Shown here: in pieces, positions 62,973-64,000 of the stretch
How the letters are laid out: the number at the start of each line of letters is the position of its first letter
Numbering within the stretch: the stretch's first letter is position 1
DNA from: Microthyrium microscopicum
Taxonomy: Eukaryota
Reading direction: 5' to 3'
DNA length: 64,000 nt
Assembly: GCA_010405405.1 (NCBI GenBank)
Contig: MU004231.1
Coordinates: forward strand, 1,042,153 to 1,106,152
The notes under the pieces: generated by a model
What the model was told of the DNA's origin: nothing
Seen by the model: the letters and a program-made list of their open reading frames with translations, nothing else
Databases searched by the model: none
Made by a program: the position numbers and the translations under genes

Positions 62973-63566
62973 TTATCCCATATTCCTGCAAGTGACGGCT
63001 CCCAAAATCCTCCACATGAAGTTCACAATTCCCCATTCGCTGACCTTTCTCGCGCACAGTCTCTCGGCTTCCTGTCTGACTGCCTTGTCGAATTCGTCTG
63101 GCGACTCAATCAGAGTTATGCCGAAGCGTTCGCAAACTATCTGGACGTTGCCCTTCCGAAGAAACCCATCCGGACAGCAAACGATCAATTTTCGGTCTTT
63201 CGCATGATGACCTAATTCCAGGAGAGTAATCGGGGATAGCTTTTCGGGGTGTGGGTCGAAGTACATAGCAATGATATCACATTGCTCAAGATGGTCCATT
63301 TCCCAGTCGACTTGTTCTTTGAATTTGGGGTTTGAGATATCTTGCTTCAGGTTGGGATCGAATTTGTTGCCTTCTTGGTCACAGCGTGGATTGTACACCA
63401 CTATAGGCAAGTCTGAGAGCATCTCTGCCATCTTTCTCTGCCAGGGAGGGGCCGTCCCCATATTTATGCTCCCAGCGAGGAAGATGGAACGAAGAGGCTT
63501 CTTGGCGAGCCTGGTTGGTGGTTGAACATGCTTGTTGAAAGGCTGTTGTTGGATCTTGGCCGGCAT
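62973..63566 (-). CDS. Nucleoside 2-deoxyribosyltransferase-like protein (Nuc_deoxyri_tr2 type)
   Basis: IFLAGSI.MG.A..WQ, VYNPR, QVDWEMDHLE..DIIAMYF, SPITLLELG, VCCPDGFLRKGNVQIVC. Confidence 0.8.
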   Translation of the reverse strand: MPAKIQQQPFNKHVQPPTRLAKKPLRSIFLAGSINMGTAPPWQRKMAEMLSDLPIVVYNPRCDQEGNKFDPNLKQDISNPKFKEQVDWEMDHLEQCDIIAMYFDPHPEKLSPITLLELGHHAKDRKLIVCCPDGFLRKGNVQIVCERFGITLIESPDEFDKAVRQEAERLCARKVSEWGIVNFMWRILGAVTCRNMG

Positions 63567-63732
63567 CCTTGGGGTGTGCAAGTGGATATTTGTAGATGTG
63601 ATTTTTGACGGTTTGAGCTTCGTAGAGATTTTGGTTCTGAGTAATTATGAAGCTCTTAGATTTCGTCCAGTCCTTGCTCTTCTTATACTGACTCTGGCCT
63701 TCTGAAATCCTCGTCGTCGTGTGGCTTGCCCA

Positions 63733-63757
63733 CAGGGGTCCATTTCTGGGACCCCCT
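63733..63757. promoter_or_regulatory. Dyad ~170 bp upstream of the NDT-like gene
   Basis: aggggtcc-atttctg-ggacccc. Confidence 0.6.
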
Positions 63758-64000
63758 CTGGTGATGACTCTCTGGTTCCTAAAAGGAGGCTGAGCAACAC
63801 GGTAGCCAAATTAAACATCAGTAATCTTTCATTCATTGGCCTCATGTTCCATAGATGCAGCTACTGACTGAGCAGAGCCGATCCAGGACCAAAGCATAAC
63901 CGATGGAGGAGACGCAGTTGTTGCCAGTCCAGGCTGTTCAGCAATCCACGGTATACGGCATCAGATTGTAGAACAAGTTTACAGCCTCAGACTCTGTGGT

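Larger units (their letters stand above)
1..64000. mobile_element. Probable interior (cargo/auxiliary region) of a Starship-type giant transposon; boundaries and captain not in window
   Basis: Co-occurrence of DUF3723-type, ferric reductase-like and patatin-like genes (established Starship auxiliary families), many orphan genes, no recognisable housekeeping genes, pervasive RIP. Confidence 0.7.

Noticed and set aside
1..64000. Starship captain (DUF3435 tyrosine recombinase) or element terminus
   Set aside because: No recognisable recombinase motifs or boundary repeats. A relic in the RIP-erased first 4.4 kb cannot be fully excluded.

Overview
Filamentous-ascomycete (Pezizomycotina-type) genomic DNA with GT-AG introns and CTRAC/CTAAT branch sites, strongly affected by RIP (TpA-rich; many CAG/CAA/TGG codons turned into TAG/TAA). 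The gene set (DUF3723-type protein, ferric-reductase/NOX-like protein, patatin-like phospholipase, pseudokinase, many orphan coiled-coil genes) looks like the interior of a Starship-type giant transposon; no captain recombinase or terminus is visible. Nested features: a RIP-degraded Ty3/Gypsy element (15118-22770, 227-bp LTRs, TAAAC target duplication) splits the patatin gene, and a ~4.5-kb tandem duplication (36646-45499) reduced by RIP to very AT-rich DNA still decodes to an actinobacterial-type SAM methyltransferase. Other cargo: a SET+JmjC fusion, a C2H2+JmjC gene, a ZNFX1/Hrr1-like helicase, two RING-H2 fossils, a divergent MADS-box gene and cell-surface genes (AA11 LPMO, cupredoxin-like membrane protein, GPI protein, SUR7-like tetraspan). 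The main unexplained signal is a 17-bp dyad, GG(T/C)CC-RRAAYCR-GG(A/C)CC, found more than 20 times, mostly in the 5' regions of otherwise unrelated genes from 23.6 to 63.8 kb. It suggests an element-wide regulon, with the element-encoded MADS-like protein as a candidate binder (inference). All family calls come from motif recognition by eye, not from database searches.
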